DNA of 63,334 bases, counting the filler, from Reclinomonas americana ATCC 50394 (lineage: Eukaryota): assembly GCA_048213135.1 (NCBI GenBank). It is 4 parts of 4 records of this genome, joined end to end, with 100 filler letters (N's around TTAATTAATTAA, not from the genome) between each part and the next. Parts side by side here need not be neighbours in the genome. Positions count along the whole stretch, not along the records: positions 20,102 to 43,826 come from PS015225.1; 3 more parts are not named here. One strand, written 5' to 3'. The notes under the pieces are model-generated. The model ran no database searches, was not told the DNA's origin, and was given only the letters and a program-made list of their open reading frames with translations. The position numbers and the translations under genes are program-made. This document shows positions 22,782-34,745 of the stretch, one piece after another. Numbering within the stretch: the stretch's first letter is position 1; each line of letters begins with the position of its first letter.

Positions 22782-24232
22782 TCAACGAGCCGAGCATGTC
22801 GGCGCCGTCGCCGCCCCCTCGTGTCTTGCAGTCGGAGCACGAGTCTTCGGCGTAGTAGCAGCACGCATTGCGTTGCTGGCTGGCATCTGTGGCATGCGCG
22901 TGAGATTTTCGGGGAGACAACCACAGGCGACGACGAACGCACCGTAGCGACTGTTGCAACCGCTGGTGACCGACGGCACGCCATTGGAGGCCACCAAGTT
23001 GCGCATGTGTGTGATCTCGTGGTGCATGCTGCCCGGAATCAGCGACGGCTGGTACACACACACCAGGCCGGCGTGGCACGACGTGCGCAGCGAGCCGTCT
23101 CCCCACGAGATCACATCGTGGCGGTCGAGGAAATTGGTGATGAGTTTCGACTCCTGCGCCAGCGACAACCCCGCGGCCTTGGCGTAGCGACGTACGGGCG
23201 GCGAGGCGAACACCACCGCCGGATGACCATACTGCAGCGCCATCAACGACGCCAGTCCACCTCCCAGCGAGTGACCTGCAACAACAACCACCACCATGAG
23301 CATGCTTTCCTCTCTCCTTCTACTCTCTCTTTCTCTCTTTCCTCACCGGTAAAGGTGACCGACGTGGGCTCGAGACGCTGCAGCACCTCATCGACCACCG
23401 CTCGCGCCACATTGAACACGGATCCCGGATCCGTGCGCACATACCGCTGGAAGCACTCTGTCGAGCATCCGCCCACCGATCCCTCCTCAGTGCCACCCGC
23501 CGCCCTCGTAATCACCGTCTGCACCGTGCACACTACGGGGCACGTCAACGCCGACGGACACGTGAACAGCTGGAAAGCCTTTAAGGTAAGCGCGCGACGA
23601 GGCGGAAGGAAGCAAGGCGAGACAGGCTCACCTCCACGCCCGACTGCAACTGCTGCAGCACTCCACTCGACTCAAACGAGGTCCCACGAAACGCAATCGT
23701 CACCGCCGAGTGCCGCTGAAACACAACCGCATGCACTGAAGTCGTTTCATCCTCCTCTTCTGCAGTAGTCGACTTGCGACTCCCATACGACGACAGCTCA
23801 TACGCCAAACGCGACATATCCGCGAGCGCCAACACACGCGACTTGCGGTCCTCCCCAGTGCCCTCACTCACAGGCACCGCAAAGGGCGTGTGCAGCAGCT
23901 CATGCACCTCCACACTCACTCGCCCAGTCAACTGCGACACAGATGCGCGGACGACCACCGGCGGCATGGAGCCATCGGGACCTGCATTAGAGAATTGAGT
24001 TGATGCGAGGGGTGGTGGATCGGCAGTCGACAGGCGGGGCGCAACTGCGGCGATCCGTGGTGCCCATGCACACCACCAGTAGTGAGACGCACACAATGAG
24101 CATGGTGAAGAGTGCGTGGTGGGAGCTGGCCACAGAGGAGGCCGGAGAGAGAGGCGAGCTCGGAGAGCATGATGATGATGTTGTGGAGGGCATGCCAGTG
24201 GTGGCCACTGACAAGGCGCGACGCCACGACAT
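22782..24232 (-). CDS. Class 3 lipase, ATG15-like, with N-terminal TM
   Basis: LADMSRLAY, VTIAFRGTS, FTG|HSLGGGLASL (GxSxG), PAVVFASP, HDVI, terminal His (HHEI). TM ALFTMLIVCVSLLVVC. Confidence 0.78.
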
Positions 24233-24487
24233 TGTGTGTGTGTGAGGATTGTGTGAAACGCACAAGCGCGCAGTTGTGTGTTGTTGCTCAAGTGCGTGTG
24301 TCTCTGCGCGTTCTGCAGGTGCGTGAAAAGAGAAATCGAATCAGGGCGCGTGCTGATGAACGGTCAGTGTCCAATTTCACAAAGTTGTCTCTGACAGCCA
24401 GACAGCTCGAGGTTGTGCGGGCGCTGTGGAATGGAAGGCCAGCGCATGTCTTGTCTCGCCTGCTCGCTCGCTCGCTCGTTTGCAAGT

Positions 24488-25478
24488 TTAGCGGTACCAG
24501 AAATTGGTGCTGATGAAAGCAAGCAAGCAAGCAAAGAGTTATTACGAATTGCGTGGTGCGTTTCGTCGCTTTGCCGGGCCGGCCTCACCTGACAGCTGTC
24601 GGGCTGACGATAGACACTGCATGCAGTGTGGAATGAAGTGAGATACGGCAAAATGCACCATACACGTGTCTTCCTTCACCTTGATGCCACCAGCCCTTTG
24701 GGATGAACAGGAGCTCGCCGGGTTCGAGCACAAAATCCGACGCCAATTGCACCTCGGGTGGGAGGTCCTCGGCGTGGTGGATCTGCGAGACGTGCCACCA
24801 TTGTACGCGGTCCGGATCGCGGAAGGTGTTCATGTGGTAGCCCATCTCTGGCGCCCACATGCGGAAACGCTTCTCGCCGGCGACCTGCGCAAAGAGGTTG
24901 TGCACCAGAGGCTGGTCGTAGTGGATCGAGGTGATGATGCCCTCGCAGCCGATGAACACTGAGTTGAACTGCAGCGAGGCGGCGTCGTCTTGGTCTTGGC
25001 CCTCGTTGGGCATGAACGGCGGCACTCGGATGTCGTCGACCAGGCCAGGAAACACCGACACTGACTGCTGCTGCAGGTAGTAGTAGATCTGCTTGCCGTC
25101 GACCTCCTCCACTGGCTCCTGCAGCGTGTCGAGGAAGCGCGAGAGTGGCCACTTGACGTCCTCGGTCCACGGAGGATGAGAGAACTTGTCGGCGAGACGC
25201 GACAGTGGCGCATGCACGTCGCCCCAGCGCCGTGCAAAGTATGCCAGATCTTGCCAGTGTTCCCGTGCTGGCCAGTCGTCCACCTCCAGCAGACCCGTGT
25301 AGATCACCGGTGTGCGTTTGGGCAGATAATGCGAACGGAAGCGCTCAATCACCGCATCTGTGTGTGTGTGGGGACGATGAGCGGCGATAGCTGAGTGTGT
25401 GTGTGGAGGAGGGTGTGTACCTCGGTTCTCGGCGGTGATGGCCTCAATGTCGAGGGCGGTGCCACCGAGCAGCCTCAT
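24488..25478 (-). CDS. JmjC (cupin-8, JMJD5/KDM8-like) 2-oxoglutarate oxygenase
   Basis: PVIYTG...WPA..HW, YYLQQ, TSIHYD...HNLFAQVAGEKRF, LEPGELLFIPKGWWHQ|V...S|TNFW*. HxD...H triad intact; alternative start at 25529. Confidence 0.88.
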
Positions 25479-25549
25479 CGCCGGCGATCGCGATGAGGTG
25501 GGACAGGACTCGATGCGATGCGGTTTCATGCAACTACTACGTTCATTAA

Positions 25550-27696
25550 TCACCGTTCGAGGAGGTCGAGAAGGGCCGCTGTATCCTCCGCCGCCACTGG
25601 TCTTATGCCCTCCAGCACAAACACTGATGATGGCTTCGCGATGAGACGAAAAGAGATATGCAAGGAGAGAAGTTGGCGGATGTAACTCTTGTCGGCGAGT
25701 GAGTACGTTACGTGCATGACGCCCTCGGCGCCGCCCTTGACGTGCTGCAGAATGATGCCGATGAACTTGCTGCGTTCCGTATTGATCTGCTCAAACGGCA
25801 CGCCGGTCCATTGCTCCAGGATCTGGAGACGCAGTGAGCGGCAAACGAGAAAAAAAGGCTGAGGAGGCTGCGACGCGCACCCGCGGTGAGACAGCCACGG
25901 TGAGGATGCCTGTGCCGTCGGAGATGTTCACACGGATGCGCAGCACCTGCTGTCGAGCATTGTCGGGAACCGACGATGTGATGCTGGCCTGTGGGGGCAC
26001 ACACACACGCAATGAGCAGCAAGTTCTGCACGGAGGATTTTCGCTCCCTCCCGACCTTGACCAGCACTTCGGCGGCATAAGCGGCCGTCATTAACCGAAT
26101 CGCTTCGTCGCCCATCGTGCGAATGGTGGCGATGCGTGTGTACGGTCGTCGGAAAATGCCTTGCTCGCTGGCGACACGACGGCCGACGAGCGGAGCAGCA
26201 GCCGGCATTGCGGGTCTGCCACTCGCCTCCCCATCCTCGTCTCGACCATCCTCGCCGTCAGAGGCGTCCACGGCCTGGAAGCGCTTCCTTCTGCACGCAC
26301 GGAGGTGAGCGGAAGAGTACACGGAGGGCCGGCGCGCATTGTACAACCCAACCTTCGCGGTGTGATGCCCACCGGCAACGCTGCTTCTTGCTCAAACGCC
26401 ACTTGCACGACAGCACCACCACTGCTGCCACTCGCAGCATGCCTCGCAGCACCAACAGCCACAGATGGTGGTGGTGGTGGTGGTGGAGGAGGCGGAGGTG
26501 GTGGTAATCGGCGTGGAGGGGAAGGCGACGGGGGTGGCAGATCGTCCACAGCCATCATCATGAGGTCGTAGTCTGTCGCAGACAAACGCGTGGGCGAGCA
26601 TGCACACGCACGGGAGAGGAGACACATGCACATCGACTCACCGTCACCAGCAAAGAGGTCCACATCACCCGCAGGATCCAAGTCCGCAAACTCGTCATCA
26701 TCCATCGGAACAGCAGCTGCGGCAGGCGGTCTCGCCACAACCGGTGGAGGTGGTGGGGGTGGCGGCGGCGCAGGTGGCGGCACCGGTGCTGCTGCTGCAA
26801 CCGCAGGAGGAGGTGCATTCACCTGGCCATCATCGTCGGGCACCTCGTCCGGCAGACCCTTGATGCCACGAATGAACGCTCGTTTCGAACGCTCCTCGGC
26901 CTCCAACAGTCGCGTCACCCGACCACCGAGCACCTGCACACCGCGATTCAGCGCCACCGCTCTCTCCCTTCTCGCATAGAAAGACAGACCTCGAGCACTT
27001 GGTGCGTCAACAACAACATGCCGCGTCGCACGCGCACCTGTCGCAGAACGATCTTGGTGCCGGGCGGCGTCAGCTCGGCCGACAGCGCCGGGCACACGCG
27101 CAGCTCCATGCCAAACGCCCGCGTGCACCCGTCCGTCAACGACACCTTCAGCAATCGCCGTCGACCCACATTCGCAGCCGCCGCAGCGGCCGCAGCAGCA
27201 GCACCACCTCTCCCTCTCCCACCTCCTCCTCCTCGCCCAGCTCCTCCCCTTCCCGCACCAGCCGCCGCCTCGACAATCGCCGGTCCCAGATTGGCCAGCA
27301 TCTCCTCCGACTCATCCTCCTCGCCAGTGACCGCCGCCACCATCTCCATGTGACTCTGCGCCACATCGATCATCTCATCAATCTGCACCACAAACGGACC
27401 CGCCAGCACGACATTGTGCATGTCGCAGAGTCGCAGTGGCAGACACCCGCCTCCCATCTCGTTCATGTCGGCGGCCAGCACACACGAGAACACAAGCTGC
27501 GTGCGAGTGTGCGTGAGTGAGAGACAGACAGACACAGATACAGTGTGTGTGACAAGAGCACCTTGACCCAGTCATTCAACTGCGTGGGCGGCTGCGGGCG
27601 ATCACGCGCCCACGCCACACACTGTCGCACCCACTCTGCACGCACACGCAGGCCCGGGTATGCCACCTCCAAGGCCGCATGCACTTCGGCGGCCAT
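25550..27696 (-). CDS. RMI1: RecQ-mediated genome instability protein 1
   Basis: EWVRQCV, LAGPFVVQIDEMIDVAQ, RLLKVSLTDG...GMEL...L...PPGTKIVL.QVRVRRGMLLL...VLGG (OB fold); C-terminal OB fold with ISDGTG. Confidence 0.88.
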
Positions 27697-27780
27697 GTGA
27701 TGGCAAACTTCAAGTCGCTGCAGGTCCCGCGCGCGAAAGTGACGTCACTTTTACGAGGGACATTTGCTTTGTGTGTTGCC
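27697..27780. promoter_or_regulatory. 84-bp bidirectional promoter with a CRE-type palindrome and an E2F-like site
   Basis: Perfect 16-bp palindrome AAAGTGACGTCACTTT at 27736-27751 overlapping GCGCGAAA (TTTCGCGC on the minus strand), between the divergent RMI1 and ALG14 ATGs. Confidence 0.55.
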
Positions 27781-28497
27781 ATGTGGCAGTCTGTGTTGGG
27801 CGCCACATACACTGCTGTACTTGTGCTGCTTCCACTGATCGCGCTGCGCATGATGTGGATTCGTCGCGCGCGCTCACGTCGAGAATCGTCGAGTTGTCAC
27901 TTGTTGGTGTTTCTGGGCTCGGGCGGCCACACAGGGGAGATGATGGTGCTTCTGCGGTCCATGCTGCAGCAGCCCGCATGCAAGTACAGAGTGACGTTTG
28001 TGATGGGCGAGACCGATGTCACCTCAGAGAACACGGTGCGCGCGAGACTGGAGGTGCGTGCTGGCTGGCCTCGCTTGCCCTGCATCTCTGTCTCTGGCAG
28101 TGGCTGACCGCGACAGGGGCAGCTCATCAGTGCCGACACTCCATTCATTCGCATTCGACGGTCGCGTGAGGTCGGTCAGTCGTACGTGACGTCGGTGATT
28201 AGCACGTTGCGATCGACGTGGGATGTGGTGCCGCTGCTGTGGCGGACGCGACCCGACGCCATCATCACCAACGGACCGGGTACGTGTGTGCCGTTGGTGG
28301 TGGTGGCGTATCTGTTGCGCTTGCTGGGCGTGCTGCGCGCCACCACCTACTTGCTGTACGTGGAGAGCGTGTGTCGTGTGCGGTCCTTGTCGTTGACGGG
28401 CCGTCTGCTGTACCCGGTCTGTGATCGCTTCTTTGTGCAATGGGAGCGCCTGAAGCAGCGCTACCCCGGCGTCACATACGTCGGGCGGCTCGTGTAG
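27781..28497 (+). CDS. ALG14: UDP-N-acetylglucosamine transferase subunit ALG14
   Basis: N-terminal TM, VFLGSGGHTGEM, IRRSREVGQSY, RPDAIITNGPGTCVP, YVESVCRVRSLSLTGRLLY, FFVQW. Confidence 0.95.
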
Positions 28498-28571
28498 TCA
28501 ATGAAATGGAGGAGTTGTTGTTCGTGTTTGTTTCTTTTTTTACAAGGAGACAGCGACACACGTGCTGTCGC

Positions 28572-30025
28572 TCAGCGTGATCCCGACGCCGCTGCGCCCA
28601 CGGCGCCGGCTGCCACCAGCGCAGCAGCACCACCGACCGCACCGCTGGCCGCGTCTTCCCACGGGAACGACACGCGAATGTAGTAGCCCTTGCCTGTGGG
28701 GAGGTTGACGCCGATGTGGCTCTGGTAGCGCCCGTACACGAACTTGAAGCGCCGGCGGTCGTCTGTGTCGATACCCAGGCTGCGGCAGTGGCTGATCGCA
28801 TCCTGCAGTCGCGAGGGCTCCAGTGCGTAGAGCGAGCGCGTCTGCTTGTCGCCGCGCCGGGCGTACAGGCCCCAGATGTCGCCGTGCTCATCGCGACGGA
28901 AGATGAGCTCGCCCAGTGTGCTGATCTGCTCAATGGTGCCATACACGGCCACGTCGTGCGCATCCGCGATCGAAATGTTCTTGTTGAAAGGGTTCGAGCC
29001 GTGCCGATTCGACCTGTGCGCGTGCGGGGTTCTTTCGCGTAAGCGACGACACGTGTGCGTGGTATATTAGAAACTCACATCATCGGCCTACTCAACGGCG
29101 GAGACGCGGCTCCCGCAACAGCACCCGTGCGCACAGCGGCCCGCACCGACGCCGACGCACCAGCGTCGTGGCGTGGTTGCACCACGCCGCGATCGACGTC
29201 GTACACGTTACTTGGCGCACCCCCGCGCCCGTCGTCGTCGCCACCATCAACGTCGGCGTTAATGTCGTCGACATCGAGACGGTCGCGATGCTGTTGCACT
29301 TGACGCCTCAACTCTGCCTCCTGCTTCCGCAGGTCGCTCACTCGCGCGGTCAGCGCCTCACTCTCTCGGATGATCTCCTGCGCGCGCTGCACCTCGCGCG
29401 GATCAGGCCCATCGTGCGGCAACGGCTCCAGCGGCCCAATGTACTTGAGAAGCAGCATGGCCTCGGTCTGCCGCAGCTGCAGTCGCGGATCCGCCGCGTA
29501 CAGCTGCTCATACAGCGTGTACACGTTGGAGGTCTGCGACGCATCCAGCTGCTGACCAAACACCCATCCCACCATCCCACACAGTCGCTCCCCTGCGATC
29601 GCGAGAGGTGTGTGTGAGAGGGGGGTTTGAAGAAGGGCGGGAGGATAGTGAGTGGATCAACCATTAAATCCAGCGCGCATAAACATCTCGACCCAGAACG
29701 CCAGCTGCTGGATCTCCAGCTTGAGGAAGCTCTCCATGTGCGGGTTGAGACCCCACTTGCTCACTGCGTGTCGCAGGGATGAGTAAGAGAGAGGGAGGAA
29801 GATAGACAGTCTCTCACACACTCTCACCGAAATCATACAAGACAGTGTAGGGAGTGCGCTTGTCGTCGCGGATCAGCTCGCCGACACCATACTCGAGCAG
29901 CGCCTCACGGTACCGAAAGTACTCTGCGTGTGAGAAAGAGTGAGAGAGTGAGAGTGTGAGCGGAGAAACTGAACTCGTCAAGACACACAAGAGCGCGCAC
30001 CTTCGTCGCTGAGTGGGTTTGCCAT
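28572..30025 (-). CDS. Hypothetical protein (helical N-domain, coiled coil, C-terminal globular domain)
   Basis: Consistent GT-AG splicing: MANPLSDE|EYFRYREALLEY...|VSKWGLNPHMESFLKLE...|...|...GYYIRVSFPW. No family recognised. Confidence 0.65.
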
Positions 30026-30570
30026 GGATTCACAACAACAACGACAACAACAGCGTGCGATGTGATGTGTGTGTGCGTTGTCGTCAGAGAGGTTGCTGTC
30101 CGCCGATCGCGACTTGATGAACTTCGAACTCACATGCCGTGCTGTGTGAACCCCCACATGCATAAGGATGCTATGTGTTTGTGGACGTAGTCCTCCCCAC
30201 GTGACAAGCAGCATGCGCAGCAACACGTGATGCACGAATCACAGTCGACGCCGATCGCGACGTCGACATCGATCGATCGCGACGTCGTATCAAGATCTCA
30301 CAGTGAGAGACTATTGATGAGATGAGAAACGATCTGACATTAGGATTGCTGCACCCCACACTCATGTTCGACAACGGTCTCGAGCTCGAGCTCCAGATAT
30401 CGATCGACGTCGCCATGGCCAACCGCACTTCATTTTTTATATTTTTCCATTCACCAACAAACAAGCAACAGCTGTCTTGATATGACCAAGTTCAACCGCA
30501 CCACATTTCAACAAGACGAATGATCCATACTCTTGTCGTGTCGCCAGCTCGCGCGCGTTCGCGTCGGTGC

Positions 30571-33500
30571 TCACTTGCAGGAGAAACTGCACTCCACTTG
30601 CAAGGCTGCAGTTTGCTGGTCGCACATCCAGCGATTATTGCCCCCAATGCTGCAGTTACCATTGTGGGAGACGATAGCAGGAATGTTTAACCAGTTATCC
30701 GGGACCACATTCGTGATCCCGCAGTTGGCCAGGATCCTGCAGCGTGGAGATATTTAGCACGGAAGCAAGCTGCAGGAACTCAGTCACGCTGCAGCTACAC
30801 GCACAGGCGTTTGAATGGCCGCGACCAGTATTCGCCATCCATGTCATTGTTTGGCATGCTGAATTTGTTGTCGCTGAAATCACTGTCATTCACACGCAAC
30901 GTTGCGGTTGAATCAGCGAATAATGTGTGCCGATGCATGCAGCGTAGCTGATTGTCGTCCTGAATGCAACGCAACATAAACAAAAGGTTTGGCATGTCCT
31001 TGAGCACAGGAAGTCGACCAGTCAGTTGGTTTTGTTCGATGTATCTGACACACGAACGACAAGTCAAGCACACGGAAAACAGACGTTAGTGCTGTCACCA
31101 CAACGCACAAGATTGTCAGAGACTCCGACTTCAACAAGTTTTCCGGAAGGCTGGTTAACTGATTTTGACCCATATCCCTGGAATGGTTATGTTTCTCATT
31201 TAGTTGACTAAGTGAACGTGGATAGGTCAAGCAAGTTGCAACTAACAGAGTGGTGAGCCGTCCAGCATTCAGCCGCTCCGGTGGAATAACCTTGATATTG
31301 TTGTTTCCCAACAATCTGGAAAATGAGAGCGCAGTGATTCAGTATAGATTTCGTGGATCCAGCTTTCGACTGCTCCGACATATACTAATGACAGTTAACA
31401 GTGCAACCAAGGCGACGTAACAGACTGCTCGCGACTGTCTTCGAAAGATCGGGAAAGTCAACAAGTTGCAGGTTCCGTAGGATCCTGAGAACAACAGTTT
31501 GAGTTATCTGGCACTTGTTACAACGCTGCAGCACTATTGCTTGACTGTGATTAGTACTCACACATCTGCAAGGCTCGTAAACGCAGTAAAGTCGAATTCG
31601 AAAACAGCCGATTGCGCTGGTGCCACAATAGACTGAATATACAAACGCTCAATTCGACTTCCAAGGCAAGCTGGTCCAATTGATGGCGAGGTGGTAAATG
31701 CGGAGGTGATAGCAATTCCACTACCGACAAACAGTGCAACTTAATTAGCAACTCGAAGCGATGCGCTGCAGAATATCAATGTTACTGCGCAACTACTCTA
31801 CGAATTCCGGCAGGCTGCAAAGCGCAGGACTGGCATCTGGATACTTCAGGTTAACGTTCCTTCGCAGGCGCAAAGCGAATTAGTCAGGAAGCATCAACAA
31901 TACCAGAAAACAACAATTAGACGCACAGCACTTGCAGGGACTTTAGATTTCCTATCCCGTCAGGGATGTTGTCGCACACCAATCCTTTCCCCGTGTTTAT
32001 GTTCCACGTCCGTCTGTGATTCGCGTATGAACGACAACCATACTGGTAAGTGCAGCGAAAGCACATCTTGCAAGCAGATAGTGTACGCACAGCACGGTGA
32101 TATTTGTAGCCGACAAAAATGCGTCGTGGCATCCAATGAGGCCATCGTTATAGGACAAATTCCTGATAAACTTGGTGTTAGCGCAATGCACGATTCACAC
32201 CTGTGAGGGCAATGTGCAACGTACACATATGTCAGCGATATGAGACGACTGATTGAGGACGGCATCACTCCAACAAGGTTGTTGTTTGGCAAATCCCTGA
32301 AACAAACGGTGAACTGCTGCAATCGGCATGATCGGAGACTCGGAGAGGAACACGTTACTCACAAATGTGTCAACTGCAAAAAAAAGTGAAACAAAAAGAC
32401 TGGTCAAACATGCATGGGCTGCACCAAGCGCAGCGCTTGCATTAATTACAGACCGTCCCAGTCGCATCGCATCCGATCCCGTACCAGTTACAAAAAGGAA
32501 CATCATTCGACGACCACATAGTCTGGTGCGTCCAACTGGGTCCTCCTGTAGTTTCGTAGAACTCGACGAGGATATCGCGTGTCACATCTTGCTCGCAGTA
32601 TTGCCCTGCACAACCGCAAATAATAAGCAACTATGCGCAGTCTCATAAACAGATCAGAAACTACATGACTAAGAGCGCTTCACCTGTATACGGACCAACG
32701 CACTCGCAGTAGCTGAGCTGGAAGAAGTCAGAATCCCGACAGATACCACGATTACTGCACGGAATCGGGTATTGTGCGTTGGAACAGTCTACAGGAAGGT
32801 GCAAGTACGTCGCAAGCGCTTGGGTGAACAATGTTGCCTTGGTGTCAATGTTTGGATCATCTGGGAACCTGTAATAGAGTGTAAACGGTTTGCTCAGTCG
32901 GCAGGATGGCTTCCAACAGTAGCTGCTCACCAGTCTGACGTGAGAAGATCAGATATCGGACTGGTCTCCACCTGAAGTGGGACAGGGGAGTCGACAACAG
33001 AAGGGGCCCAGGTACCAAAGGTAAGGGACGCCGCATTTCCACCGTAGGAACGAATGTGCAAGTCCAGGCTTGAAGTGGCCTGCTCAAACAACTGGTACTG
33101 CGTGCTGTTGAAGTTTGTCTACATGAAAACAAGACATCCACGTCAGGAGAGCAGTTGCTTCGAAAACGTATACGTTGACGTTTCAACCAGTTGCAACTCA
33201 CGTGTTCGCCGACCTTGATAATAAAATCCACCTTCGCGTTCTGTGAAACATCCACTGACTTTTCCTTCAAGTCTTTTACAGTCGCTGAAGTCAGTGTGGC
33301 CTCCTCCAGCAGCTGTACAAGTGAGCAGTGGCAAAAATGAAAACAAATTACTAGTTTTCACAAGAAATCGCACTTAGCACACACTGAGCATGACATACCA
33401 CACCGCCAAGCTCCATCTTCGTGATGAAGTGCGTTCCAAAGTTCTTGATAAAACTGGAGTAGCTGGCCGAAACATCGCCAGAGAAGGGTAGGTGACGAAC

Positions 33501-34308
33501 GGCATCACGGAAAAATGGGGCCAGAGCAGGAACTTGAGTATAGGGGTCGATAGTTGGAATAGCTATCCAATAAGACACTCGTGCCTTGTTGAGATAGGTG
33601 TAGGCTGATTCGCTGTCGACTTGTTCTGCGAGCTTGTGAATATTCGTATTCAGAGCGAAAGCAAATTTCCAGAACGACGTATCAACACCGACGTCCACGG
33701 TGTTGCTGTCGATGATATCCTTCAGTGACTCAAACGATCCCGTAGCTGTAGAGAAATCAAGAGAATTGGTGCAGGTGACTTGAACACCGTAGGGAACCAG
33801 CACATCAGAGTCACACGTCCCGTCGGCAGTGACTGTGGCACGTGGGTGCGATGACATGCACAATCGGAGACGCAGGAATGAGAATGTGGGCCAGTTCGCA
33901 AGCACTCACTGCAACGTACAGTACCATTGTACGTGTATGACCAGATCTGCAGCCTCAGAGTATTCCACAAGTCGCCAGAGCTGTGCAAGAACGGGCTCCC
34001 TTGCAGAATGTCAACGCCCTGCGCGAGCGTGTTGATGCCGGGCAGCGCTGCACATGTACAACAAACATGATACGCAAAGTAAGTCACACTGTGTGACTCG
34101 GCTGCCACACAACCAGGGCATGCGGAAACGTGAATGAATTCACACAACTCTTCGCGAAGAGCAAAGTATCGCTGACGCGCATGCGGTCACTGGCGTCGTC
34201 TGCCACAGACACAGAATGCTGCAGTGCTTCCACACACACAGCAAAACACACAAGCGGCAACACCACGGTGACGATGAGTGCCGAACGAGATCTAGACACA
34301 GAAACCAT
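30571..34308 (-). CDS. Secreted MACPF (perforin-like) - EGF - LRR protein
   Basis: Signal peptide; LPGINTLAQGVDIL; MACPF signature FIKNFGTHFITKMELGG; YGG...WAPSVVDSPVP...PISDLL...ALATYL; six-Cys EGF; LRR N-cap LVEFYETTGGPSW...W...CNWYGIGC; about 12 LRRs; stop TGA at 30571. Confidence 0.85.
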
Positions 34309-34745
34309 CGCGTCCCCCACTGAAATGAATTGAGAAGACAGAGAAGGACAGATATAAAGTGCTCGCTTTTGTCTTGCAATGCATGCAGCAAGAGTGCATT
34401 GTCGCGCGGTGCATAGTGCACATGTACAACCCGAGCTCGTGCCATCCAAAGAACGCATTCTGGTGTCAAACTTGGCACAATTTGGTCGACAGCCAATGCC
34501 ATGCGCGCGCATGCGCTGCAGAGAGTGCTGCGAAGCCTCTGCCAGACCCAGCGCTCAACAACAGATGCCGACAGTCTGCATCAGCTAATAATAAAAAAAG
34601 CATGAGTCTGACTGCGTTCGGTCAGGCACCACTGACTGCATCACGAATATTGTCACGATTGTCACATCCACACACGCGTGCGAGAGGAGAAGAGAGACAT
34701 CCACACATCCGCGTCCTCAATCATCCACTCCTCATCATCATCACC

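Noticed and set aside
7982-24232. Autophagy gene cluster (ATG7 plus ATG15-like lipase)
   Set aside because: Separated by unrelated genes and a scaffold linker, and the lipase orthology is uncertain.
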